From positions 1 to 64,000 of the forward strand of contig KZ538699.1 in the NCBI GenBank assembly GCA_000934665.2: a DNA stretch of 64,000 nt. Direction: 5' to 3'. Under the pieces are notes generated by a model. The model did not search any database, had not been told where the DNA came from, and saw only the letters and a list, made by a program, of their open reading frames with translations. This DNA comes from Catajapyx aquilonaris (taxonomy: Eukaryota). Shown piece after piece: positions 12,101 through 24,495 of this stretch (within the stretch, counting starts at the first letter, position 1; each line of letters opens with the position of its first letter). Position numbers and translations under genes: made by a program.

Positions 12101-14557
12101 ATACAAAGTTTATATCAGAATAACCCAAATATTGGTGTGAAGCATAAAAAAGAATGAATCGAATACTTACTAAGGTCTTGATGATTTTGCCAATGTCAGG
12201 ATAATGGGTCAGATGTGCAGCTATGTGCAAAGGAGCTACACCCCCATACGCATCAGACAATGGCTTGTTAGGGTCAGCGCCTTTGTTCAAAAGGTACTTA
12301 ATCATAGTCAAGTCCCCTGCCCTCACAGCAAGAGTGAGCGGAGTCATGTCTCCCGTCACTTGGTTTATAATAACATTAGCTCCACGCCGTAGCAGAACTT
12401 CGATTGTTGCATACATGAGAGGTTCAGCCTCCTCATCTGACAGAGACCTAAAATGGACAGTCCAATCAGGTAGGCCCTAATACAAAAAAAAAATTAATAA
12501 CGAGTGACTTACTACCAGAGGAGTTATAATTTGGCACAATGTTACTTTTGATTTGACACAACCTCATGAACTCCTGAGTGTTGAAAGTGCCAAACTGATG
12601 GCCTACCTCATATTTTTGAGTTTTTCTTGGTACTGGTCATCTTCCTCTTTCTTCGCACGTCGAGAAGCCGCTCTGCTCAATGGCTTATTTCCCGAATCAA
12701 AATCTTCCAATACGATCATGGAGTCTTGTGATCTAGTGGCACTCGGCAGAGGTAGTTCTTCCTCCTTGTTGATTTGACGGTATCTGGGCTGTCCCCTGAA
12801 CCAGTTCACGGGCAAGCGACTGAAGACTACATATGGGCGAGGCAACCTGGGTTCTTCGACCCATGCTTCCCGTACTATTTCCTTCTCCACAGTCGAGTAT
12901 GACTTTTCCCTGGAGAGCGAGCTTTCCTTGCGAGAAACCGATGGAGTAACACTACGCTTCATAAGGAGGTCGACCCTTGACGAGACAGTCTCTGGTATTT
13001 TCACGATTTTGTGCTTCTGTTTTTTGCCTTGATGTGCAAGCGGAGGCGCGGCAATGCTGGACAAGGTGACTGGAGGTGAATCTAATGTCCTGCACAATGA
13101 CATGTCAATTTCTCCTGTCCAAACCAGAGGTTGTTCTTCCTTCGCCTGGTCCTGCCCTGGATTTAATTCGACGGGATTAAAGTACAAGTCGTCTATTGCA
13201 GCCACCGTTTTGTACTTTGTGTAGTATCTGAGCATGGCGACGATTAAAGGGCTTAAACCGTCGTCATTCACGCAGTTGATGTCCGCAGCCCAGTCCAGAA
13301 GGAGTGTCACCACTTCAGGGTGCCAGTAAGCCTGCCTGACAAAGGTCATGTTAATGTTGCTGATTTCAACAATTACCAGGCCGACATACTGACACTGGCA
13401 AGAATGATGGGTGTGTTTCCTTCACCGTCCGCGACATCAGGATCAATGCGATTCTTCAGCAAGAATTCTTTCACCTTACTGTAATCACCTTGGGTTGCTG
13501 CCCAGAGAAATTCTAGGTTATTTTCTTCCACAATGCCACGCTGATTGAACATGGTTCGTTCATTTTTCATTACACGTGAAATCATATACGGTATCTCCTT
13601 CTGAAATGTCACACAATTATTTTGATTGGTTAGCCAATGACATACTGCGTGTATCAGGTTTTGTCTCTCTGAGGATTTGTGCTACAGTGGTCCGGAAAGG
13701 AATCCAAAATATCAATTTCGCAAATTTTTTCGCTTGTTACTAACCTGAAAGCGCCTGTTATTAAACGCGTGCATTTGCATTTTGCAGTAATGATCCATGT
13801 TGTTCCAGGCTGCGATTCTGTGTCTCTCACCCCAGGGCATTCCATCCATGTAAGCTGTCCTCAGGGTCTTGTTGTCAAGGCTGAGGCTGTCTGGCTGTCG
13901 CACGTACGGGCAATACAACAGATGCGCGTATTCTTCGCAACCCTCACCACCTGCCTTCCTCAACTTCTCCACAGCAACATTCGGAGGTTCTTCGTTAATC
14001 AGCGTGCGAAGTCTGTGTTGGAGCGGACCAATCGGGGGCAAGGGAGGCAGAAAGCTCTGAGTGGTGCAACATCGAAGAAGGGTGTTGTTCTCCCACATGC
14101 CCACGTCTTGTTGACCTGATGGGTATGTCAGGATTCCGGGGCCAAAACTACGGTTGCGACGGAACAAACCCTACAATGTCACAGGATATGGGTTCACTCA
14201 TAAGACACAGACACTGACGTTACTTTATTGAACAAATGAGTGACATCTGTAACTCGGACTCACGTGGAATATCTGCCCGTCGGGGTATTTCTGAGTGGCG
14301 TAGCCTTCTTTCTGTCCAACGCACAATCGGCCTTGGTAGGTCTGGCCGTCTGACCATTTGTACTTGGTCTTTCCATTCGGAGTGCCTTTGACGAAGTAGC
14401 TTTCACATGCCTGCCCAATACAATGCGGAGTTTGTTGATCGGAATGGCACCTTTCTTATAATTTCTACTGTACCTCTGACTCTGAGAACTTCTGCACTCC
14501 TTTTCCAGTGCGAAAACCTTGGTCATTGAATCTTCCAGTGTAATCCGAACCGCTCAT
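9157..14557 (-). CDS. ANKMY1: Ankyrin repeat and MYND domain protein 1-like, tandem copy B (about 12 coding exons)
   Basis: ATG at 14557. Exons 14474-14557, 14264-14410, 13745-14170, then from 13600 onward. Same MORN/ankyrin/MYND (CFEC..CMGC..YCSKLC..H..C) architecture and ENYSFD* end as copy A. AATAAA on the minus strand at 9092-9097. Confidence 0.88.
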
Positions 14558-16913
14558 ATCGGAAGTTCTTATTTGGAGCCGTAGTAGTAAGGAGCTGTCC
14601 AATTATATAATGAGATGGTAGCCATGGAAACGTAGGATAACATTGCACGAAAACAATAACATATGCACGAATGGTAGCCTAGTGTTGTTTATAAAATGTG
14701 GAAAAATTATCCCCAATTTAATATTCAGCCCCCAAATCATTTGCAATAATTGTCCATGTAAGCTTGTCCTGTTCTAGTGCACCAGGCAATTCGTAAGCAA
14801 GATATCATTGTCATAATAGAAATGTAGTCTGTGTCTCTTATCCCTCAAGGACCCTGCAAACTTTATATGACGAGGCTGGCACCTAGAACAGAGATTATTA
14901 TAAGTTAACTTCTTCCAACCTCTCAATACTTGAGAATGACTCGCGAGTTTATCTCTGGAGTCAGGTACATGCAGTGCTGCTCAAAACTTTCTGCGAGTAA
15001 CAGGCATCAAGGGGAAGGCATTACAGCGCTTGTTCCAAGTTACAGAAACTAACAAGCAGCAATTTCAACTCAGACGCTGACAAGATCAGCTTGTTTATTT
15101 CTGCCTCGTGCAAGAAAATGTCTCCTCTGAGGGAACATGCAGAGGTCTATATGGCGGGTCGGGCAGCGATTTAAGAGGTCGATAGTTGTTGTGACCAGGG
15201 TTGGTGACATTTGCATTTTTATGGGCTATCAATACCACCATGGCGCTGTGTTTTCGTAGTTGAAACGACGTGATTGGACAGTATAGAAGCAGCTGCCACA
15301 CGTGCTTTTACCCTATCGGTATGGCAAAATGCATTGAAAATACTGTGACATTTAGAGAAATTTTATTGCGTGGGATACATAATCAAGTAATTTGATACAG
15401 GCTTGGAATTATTTCTAGACTTTTTATGAATTTTCTAACGCACAGTGTGGTGCCAATATGTTGTTGACTCGTGTGTTCTACTGATACCGCGACTGATACT
15501 TATGCTGTGTAGCTGCTCTCCCCCAATTGGTAACCCAAATTGTAATTATTTTCTACTCAAATTCAGTCTCTTCAGGCACTGGTACAAGAGAGTAAATATT
15601 TAAATATTCACGACATGCAAATACTTCGCATGTACGTGCTATTTCAATTATAATTTTCGTACAATGCATCATTACAGTACACGAGTAAAATTTTCAACTC
15701 TCAGGGGGATCTTTCACTTACTAGTTAACAAAAATCATTGTGACTAAATTTTGAGAGTGGGATATGGATCATTATATTTACTAATTTAATTGTAACTATA
15801 TTGTAAATGATTACAAAAATGCTTCAAGAATTCCCTTTGCCTTTCGGAAGTATTACAAGCAGAGACTTCAGAAAATGTAATATCATATTTTGATATTTGG
15901 AGTAATAAAATTACAAGGCAAGATAATAATTACAAATTAACTTTGTTGAGGCACTTTTGGTGAATAATGGCTCTAATAAGATATGGTGTCTGTGCGCACA
16001 AGTATTTTTAATGTTACATAATCATTACGTGCGTTGTGTGACATTGTCATGCGAATTATCCCTGCACTTAGTGCATCATAAGGCCCCATTTGTGCAGCAA
16101 AGGTTAATTTCCATGCATTATTAAGCCCATGTACAGTATGTACACAGAACACCAGGAGTGGAATCTGTTGAGCGCGCATGAAGTTAATGTTGTACTAGAT
16201 AAAGCACATCTCGTGCTTACGTGAACAATGAAATCAAGTTTTAGCAATCTCTGCTGATGCAGAATTTTGTTAATCTGTCACTTACGTAACAGTCTGGTAA
16301 ATAGTCTTGCTCTCCTGGTGCGCGAGTTTTTGTTTTGTTTTTTTGCTCTACTAACAGTATGCAAAACTAAACACTACCTAGTGAAAAATCAAAACTCTAT
16401 AACTGCCAGTGGTTCTCAACCATTCTATTAAAAAATTATAATAGGCTTACTAAAGAAGAATTTAATGTGCTATATGAAAGAGGCGTTGAATGGCAAATGC
16501 TCATTATTAAAGTTCATACAGCCTCCGTGGATATCGAAACAATTATAAAGTAATATTTCTTTATCAAGTCAGGATAATTATACGGAATAATTTTTATGGA
16601 ACGATTAAGTTTGACACCACTTTTCGTAATTATCGTGACGCAAGTTAAGTTATTAAATTTCGCCTCATGCCTACAAAAACCTATCGAGAACTTCTGACAC
16701 AAGTTAGGGCGTCTACAGTTAACTTCTACCAGATGTCAGGGACTGTCAAACATGTTCAGAAGCATTATAATCGAGATATTGACCGTGCCTAGTATGTTAC
16801 TACACTGCCATACGAAAATGCATAATTTACTACAATACCTATGGTGTGATTACACATTTAATTTTTCTACCTCCTAACCTAATACTATACACGTAATGAC
16901 TTCACTGCCAGGT

Positions 16914-17194
16914 TCACAGGAATTCTCTAATCAGCTCCTGACGCATGAAGTAGTTGTAATCCTGCAAGAAACATTTGACCAGTCATTTTATGCAAAAAAA
17001 ACGTCATATGTAACTCTTACCACAACAAGGCTAGTGCCCAGTACAAGAGCCTTGCTCTGCGTGTCCATGTTGAGAGGAAAAGTGACAGTGTACTGATCAT
17101 CTGCCATGAAAAGATCTGGATCCGTCGGATAAGGTATGAACTCATTTATGATGTTGCCCATTTGCGTACGCCCATCAGCACCAACCACCTACAC

Positions 17195-17268
<74 letters not shown>

Positions 17269-18696
17269 CTCAAAATGGGCGTTTAGCTTTCCACCGCAAA
17301 AACAGCAGGTACAAGGTGGTCCGAGGGTCTTCAGGATGACCTCTTTGTGGTCATCTTTCACGTTGTATTTGGGATGGCAGCACACGCATTGTTGCCTGGC
17401 TCGTCCAATGATCTTTCCTGGTGGAGCCTCCACCACAATACGCTGTAATAACCGCAGTTTGTGAGCTAATTCAGTCCATTTTTTTTAAATGTTGGAGCTA
17501 ATTCAGTTCAAACATCATCTTTATAAAATATTTTGACGCTAAACCCCAAATTCCAGTAGCATTCCGGACATATTTCTCACAGGCGACCAATTAGTGACGA
17601 TTCGCCGCATATCCTTTGGTATAGGTGGTCACCTGGATGAAACCCATAAAAGAAGCCGCCTTCTGCCCTTTAGCTTTAATTTTAGCTCGTCTATTAAATT
17701 CGCAATTGGATTTTAGAAGTTAATGGAACTGGCCCCTTATGTGCCAGGAAAAGCTGTGTACCCCGTAAAATCGCATAACTGCACTTCACATCACCAGTTT
17801 ACGACAGCTCCCCCCCCCCCTCCTCCCCAACTCTCCTGTGAAAATGAAGTTCCCTTTGATCGTAATAGTACCTCGCAGCAACAGCACCCACATCGACGTC
17901 GGACTGAGAGTGCCTCTTTGCCACTAGCATCTTTCAGGATGATGGTCAGGGCATTGGCTGGACGGCAACAACGACGGCTCATGGACCCTGATATTTCTTC
18001 TCCGGTGAACAGCCGCTCACCGCCACGTCCATTAATTTGGTAGCGTTTTATATCTTAAGAGTTAAGTAAATAATACAGGGTGATCAAATTTTTTTGTCGT
18101 TTTAGTTATTGACAAATTCAGCCTAAGCTGCTTATATTGTAGACCGTTACCTGCAACCCCGTCCGGTGGGCCAATTCAAACATCGGCCCATGGAGAGCGC
18201 TTCCATTGTTGCCACTGTTTACAAATCGAGTGAGTGACGCGGACGACCCAGCGACGGGTCTCTTCTGCCTGCGCACTCACTCACTCGATATGTAAACAGT
18301 GGCAACAATGGAAGCGCTCTCCATGGGCCGATGTTTGAATTGGCCCACCGGACGGGGTTGCCAGGTAACGGTCTACAATATAAGCAGCTTAGGCTGAATT
18401 TGTCAATGACTAAAACGACAAAAAAGTTTGATCACCCTGTATGAATAGCAAATTCCGGATTTGCAAGTAATAAATAATGCGTACCTTTGTAATATTCAAT
18501 TTGCTTCACTGAGATTTCTTCCAGTGGCTGTAAAGCTCCGATTCCTGATTCCGTATGTCTGTTGGCAAACCCAGCTGAAGTCATGTAATTAGTAATGATC
18601 AGTTACAGGAGGTCACATAAGGTTGTGCTCATTACCTTTCTGGGGGCCTCCAAATGGCTGGGTTGTAATGGCTTGTTCCATGTATGGCCCCATCAT
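16914..18696 (-). CDS. Phospholipid scramblase family protein (about 240 aa, 6 exons)
   Basis: Exons 18636-18696, 18485-18574, 17872-18053, 17269-17442, 17021-17188 and 16914-16961 join in frame (723 nt). Motifs SRRCCRP, RRCGCCC, VEAPPGKIIG..Q, GPPCTCCFCG and ADDQYTVTFPLNMDTQSKALVLG..DYNYF are typical of PLSCR proteins. Confidence 0.85.
17195..17267. repeat. (AAT)n microsatellite, about 24 units
   Basis: Directly visible. It fills a scramblase intron. Confidence 0.98.
18076..18439. mobile_element. Tc1/mariner-type hairpin MITE in scramblase intron 2
   Basis: TA|CAGGGTGATCAAA...TTTGATCACCCTG|TA with TA target duplication and near-perfect inverted arms of about 160 bp. Confidence 0.9.
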
Positions 18697-20714
18697 GGGT
18701 TTATGTGTTATTCAGCTGTTGAAGTCCTACAATCGCCTACAATAATTATGCATTATTAAACAATGTACTAAATTTTTAGACATAAAGCTAGTGGATTGTG
18801 CGAAATAAGTAGCATTGAGCCTATTTGGCTCCAGTTGTCTAACAAGTATGTGCAAATGTTAGGTTCAAGGTCAAGCCATAGTCCTTTAGCCATGGGGTAG
18901 TGGTAGTGGGTATTGGTCTAGAAAAATGCAGGCTTGCCGTCATTGACAGGCTTCATCGATCTGGTCTCTCCTTGTAATTTCCACCATGCCTTTTATCGGC
19001 TTCCTCTGAAGCAGTGGTGACCCTTGAGCTTTGACATAGAGCCCTTTTGCTTATTAAATTGGACCGGTTTTTGTGCACATGTCACTCCAGACCGCTTTCT
19101 CCTGGTCTCAAAGAGCTCTAATTAGAGGTGATTATCGCAGGCTCCGGAACAATAGAACAGTTCGGAAAGGAATTTTAATCGACACTATGACGTAATTAGT
19201 GCGCTTAAAAAAATAAGTTTGTGGAAGTAGTTTGGAGAAACCACTTCAGCGCACTTCACTCCTGGCCGACACGTAGCTTGGTGAATAATTGAACACTTTT
19301 CGATCGGTTGGTGGCTTTTACACAATAACACCCCTACGTGGACCTCAAAGGGACTGATGGCGTCGGAATCCGCCTTTGCTGAATCAATTTAGTGCCAGAC
19401 TAACCGCAATGTGACGGATAAGCTTGTAATGGACGAAAGAAGGAAAATCAACAAGTCACAAATGTATATTGTTTGGAAATTAATTGGTGCGGAAGAATTA
19501 AGGTAGCTGAGATGATGGGCAGTAACTTCCACTGAAGATATTTTGCTGCATTTATTGTAACTTGGCATGTACAAAGGGTGTCCACAAAGTTCTAAGATGT
19601 GCAAGAAGTGAGTGACACAATAGCGAAAAATGTAATCAATATTAGTTAACTTATGCAAATATTTGACGCCATTTTGAAATTATAGTTTCACTGAACACAA
19701 ACTATATCAACTGTAATTAAAATGAAATGTCGTGATTACTTATCATGGGAGATTTTCCCATTATTTATGTCGACACAAGTGGTCCTTGCAAACGTGCAAC
19801 AATAGCAGAAAGGTGCAGGTGCATGTAAAGGGCACGAGTGTTACAACAATAGAGTCCTACCTTGCCCTTAGATATCCCTCGACCTAAAGAGACTTATTGG
19901 ACACGCACTCACATAAATGAGTACACACATGGTTTCGAGAAAATGACGTCAATTGACGCCTGCGTGGCATTTCTCCATTTGACTCTTCAGGTGTTCAGAA
20001 CAGACCTGCGCAAGGTTGATTTATTTAATATTCAGGAGGCCCTCCAGGTTGTCCGATTCTTCAGAGCACCAATCATTATGTCACCCTGCTATATGAACTT
20101 GGATCAGTTTCGTCATCAGTGAAGAATAGCATTTGAAAGATTCAGTCTCCTTTACAGCATTATCTCCAGGAGGAACTCAATAGTGAAATACCTTGCCTAG
20201 ATGTATAGCTGTTGAATTATTCATACATTCTTGCACAGCCTTTCACAGAAATGAGAGAGAGATGGTAGAGGGAACAATTCTATCAGTGGAATTTATTACC
20301 GCGAGTTACGTTGATAGAGATGCACTCAAGAGAATTGGGTACTGTGTTACCATGCAACTAATGAATGGGATTTCGGCTAACAATGTTGTAAGTGCCAAAG
20401 GGGATATTACACCGACAAGTAATCCAGGCAAGTCTAATGTGATGTTGTCAAATTATGGGGGATTTAGCATCAATTTATCGTCAGTTCAAGTCACCTTAGC
20501 GTACTGGTAGCGGAAATGTTGATTCAAAAAAAATCTCACACTAATTATGAGTTTAAAAATATATTAATACTGCCGGTACTGTACGACACTAAATACAAAA
20601 TAATTATATACTGAGTTGTGAGCAGCTATATTACAAGCAACATGAGTGAAATGCATAAATCAAGTCAGTACAATAACTCATACACAGGAATTATGCCTGC
20701 ATAAGTTGACAAAG

Positions 20715-22823
20715 TTACATGTTATTTCGATTTTTCACAACAAGGCGGAATGGTTGTGGAAGAGAGAATATGAACGCAAACTTGGTTTCCAGACTGGGCT
20801 TTGGCACTCCTTCCTCGAAATGAAACGAGAATTTTTGTACCAAAGTGGTGAAGAAGAGAAACAGTTCCTTGTTGGCCAGCACTTCTCCAGGACAGGACCT
20901 CTTTCCTGAAAAATCACGAAATATTCAGTAATTGATGTCAATTTCGTAATACACACGTGCTTACCTGTGCTGAAAGGCATTAGACATGGATCCTTTTTGA
21001 CCTTTCCTTCCGGGGTCAGAAATCTTTCTGGACAAAAACTATCCGGATTCTCCCAATGGCTGCTATCATGATGCGCATAATTCAAGTTGGGCAACACAAC
21101 CGTATCCTTGGGCACAAAGTATCCTTCAAGTTCTGCAAGATTAGGTTATAGACCTGATGATGGCCATGACCTGTGACGCAGGCGCTCATACGTACCGACG
21201 TCATCCATGAGGGCATGTGGAATTGCAATGGGCGAAATCGATGCCAATCGAAGAACTTCCAGCAGCGTTGCCTCCACGTACGGCATTCTAGTCCTGTCCT
21301 GGACAATTGGGCCATTTTCTCGTCCAACTATTCTGTCCACCTCTTCCTGAACTTTTATCTGGACATCCGGTTTGTGAGCCAGATATAGGAAAGCGAAGGC
21401 CAGTACAGTGCTTGATGTGTCAGAGGCCGCAATGAAAAGGTCAACCAATACGCTCACCAGATCTGCCTCTAAATTCAGCAAACCTCATTATTATTGGGGA
21501 GGTCGATAATATCGGATCCGGATAAATCTCACCATTTATCTCAGTCTGATGGCCAGTCGAATGGCTTTCTTGCAGCCACACGTCAATAAGGTCACGTGGT
21601 TCATTCTGATTTAGAGTTCGCTTGTGATGTTCCACCTCCGTCTGAAGCCAATTATGTTTAACCAATATAATGTATACATTTTTAGTATATTACCTTAAAT
21701 ACTTTTTCGGCGATGCCAAAAAACTGGGTACATGAGTCGAGCTTAAAGAGACGAGGTGCCCATCTGGCCACTGGGTATAAGGTGAAGGCGGTCAGCATGG
21801 GAAAACCTCCTAGGAGGAAACTTGAGTGAGAGAACAACATTGAGGTCAACATTATGTCACAACTCACTCGTGAAATCGTGCAAATAGCTCCATCATGTTT
21901 GGGTCATTTTGGTCAAATCGCTTCCCGGCTACCAAACACCAGAAGCAGTTGGCTATCCCAAGGTGGAACCGACGATGGAGGTCAACAGGCTTTCCTTCTT
22001 GGTTTCTATTAATGGATCATATGAAACGAAGAACAAGAAGTATGTAGGGCGTACTGACCGAAAAAATTTGATCATGTAGTCCACTTCTTCGACAATTATG
22101 TCCTCCATGGAGCAATTTCCAAAACCGAATTCTTTAAGGTGACGGAGCAAAAAGCGTTGTTTCTCATGGAAAGAATGGCCATCCACAAAGACGTATCCTG
22201 TCGATAGACGAAATTTAACGAACCAACATTAAAGCCAAGGTCTATTCTATTTTGGGCGTGATTATTGTTGGCACCGACATGCTGGTATTAGCTAATTAGT
22301 ATTCTGAATCATGCTTTGAGCACTGCGCATTATTAACAATTACAAAGGGTGTTTACGTCCTTGATGTATAAGCTTGCCTGTTTTTTTCCCTCCAATCCGA
22401 ATGTCCAAAGCATCAAATGCTGGTCTTCCGGCAAATATTTCTTCTCGTAGTGCCCTCCTAATTATGCGGTGATCGCTCAGTAACAATATCCTGCATAAAA
22501 AACAGTGATGAAATTTATAATATTATCATTGTGATACTTATGTTCTTACTTTTTATTCCCAAGAGTGAAGTAGGTTATTGGCCCATACTTTCGGGCCAAA
22601 TCTGCAAGTTCCATGTGAAGTTCTTTCCATAAGGATGGAATATACCCGATGAAAGGGAAGCAACGCGGGCCTTAAAAAGATATAAGCTAATTAATTTTTT
22701 AAGCAAATTCTTCCCACAAGTATATGACGCATACTAACCAGGAGGATATCGACGAGTCTTCTTTTGCAAAAATAACCACACTCCACAGACTACCACGACA
22801 GCAACTAGAAGTACTGCCGCCAT
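20715..22823 (-). CDS. Cytochrome P450, CYP2 clan (CYP15/303/304/305-like)
   Basis: N-terminal anchor [23 protein letters not shown] hinge, [11 protein letters not shown]-helix [13 protein letters not shown] (ExxR), PERF, and heme motif FSTGKRSCPG split by an intron. Stop at 20715-20717. The model needs one GC-AG intron and one 47-bp intron (21821-21867) with an AAG acceptor. Confidence 0.9.
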
Positions 22824-23357
22824 GGGGCTGAAAGTATATTTATTTATTTATTTATTTATTTATTAGGAGTCCAATAACCAGGAAAGTCAACGTGGCATTT
22901 CCTAATACTGTGTTGTGAAATGAGAAATGTTTGTAATGTTTCTCTGCGTCAGTAATTGTTCATACAATGCTGACCTTTCTCTCCTATGGAGGTACGCAAT
23001 GGCCATTATTTACGTCCCTGTTATATTCACCACTTTGCATTAAATGTATGTGACAGGATTCGGTTCTAAGAGTGAATCATTCGTGACGATCGAATTTGCA
23101 TTCTGCCCTGTAAATACAACCCTGCTGCACCTCTTACACACAAGACACAGCATGAAATGTTTGTCTAGCCCATTTTCACACGCAAGTTTTCATGCTTATT
23201 ATTATAACCAATTAGCAAGTATTGATTGGGAGGGCTGACCCCTTTTTCAATCTAGTCACCCTTCGAGAGTGAAGGTACAGTTTCTTGTAAGGCCTGGCAC
23301 GTAAACTCCAAATTACTTGCGTTATTCATATACCCAGCAATATCTGTATGCAGTAAC

Positions 23358-23416
<59 letters not shown>
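23358..23416. repeat. (AAT)n microsatellite
   Basis: Directly visible. Confidence 0.97.
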
Positions 23417-23417
<1 letters not shown>

Positions 23418-24495
23418 GTCACGAGTGTCACATATATAGCTTAATTATGACATTATTATTTTCTTCAACACTAATAAATGTAATGATAAAGCCTGGTTGC
23501 ATGATTGACAGTATTTAACCATGACAAGATGATGATGAGAAAAGCTGAGCCAATGGATATTTTTAAAGGTAGCAATAAAATTATGTAAGTTATATAAACC
23601 ATCCACTCATTTTTTTTAAACATTAAAATTTGATGTAAATAATGTATTGGCAGGTGACAAATTTCAAAACTACTTACCAAAGACAAGGTGACACTTGTCA
23701 GAGACGGTATCTTCAAAGAGCTGTCCGAGTCACTGCATTGGCTGTGATTATATGAATGATAATGGCTAGACGTGAGGGATGCATTGTGATGTGTGTGTCA
23801 CAATCTCACATGAATGTGTTGCATAAAGAGAGAGAGTGAGGGACTGTATGAATAAGTAAGGAATACTGTTGGCAAGTTTGAACTCTCATGGCCACCCATG
23901 TTTCGCAATCTAATTTGCTTAGGGCTGTTCCTGAAGTAGGCAAATATGATTGATGTGTGTATGCTAATCCACACTTACTCATCAATGGTCAAGGGCAATT
24001 GTCATGCAGGTATTTGGGTGCTAATAGTCTTTCAATGAATATGTCACATATCTATTGTTATTATTATATGTGATGGCAGGAAAGCTAATTTTTTAAGGGG
24101 AAGCCTGGTGGCCGAGTTGGTAACAACTCGACTTGCTGATGAAAAAATATGGTGGTGTTCCATGCCCCCTAGGAGGGCCTCTGGTCCTATCATTGGGTAA
24201 TACAAAAAAAAAATTGCATTTTTTGTGAAATACACTAGATTTTAAGCAAAATAAGCTTTATTGATATCTATCTGTTGCATAAATCCAGAATACAACTAAC
24301 CATGATTTTCTGCAGTGGATATTGGAAAATCCTCTTGTAAACATTGTAGAACCCTTTCCATATTTTTAGGGCCTCAAATTCCGGTCTGTAGACATTATCA
24401 TTGAGTCAGTGCTACTTTGAAAACAATGAAATGAGGTAAGGCTTGTGGAATGCTGTACATGCAAAATACTTTATTGGCTCATATTGCACAAGGAA

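Noticed and set aside
13646..13681. 36-nt micro-exon in ANKMY1 copy B
   Set aside because: It has AG/GT ends and is in frame, but the homologous segment in copy A does not keep the frame and the flanking exons join without it.
14260..14526. ORF-track proteins MTKVFA.. (also 8514-8780)
   Set aside because: These are off-frame readings across ANKMY1 exons 1-2. The MORN-encoding frame is the real one.
17146..17464. Poly-isoleucine proteins (also 26180-26386 and 56355-56585)
   Set aside because: They are translations of (AAT)n/(ATT)n microsatellites.
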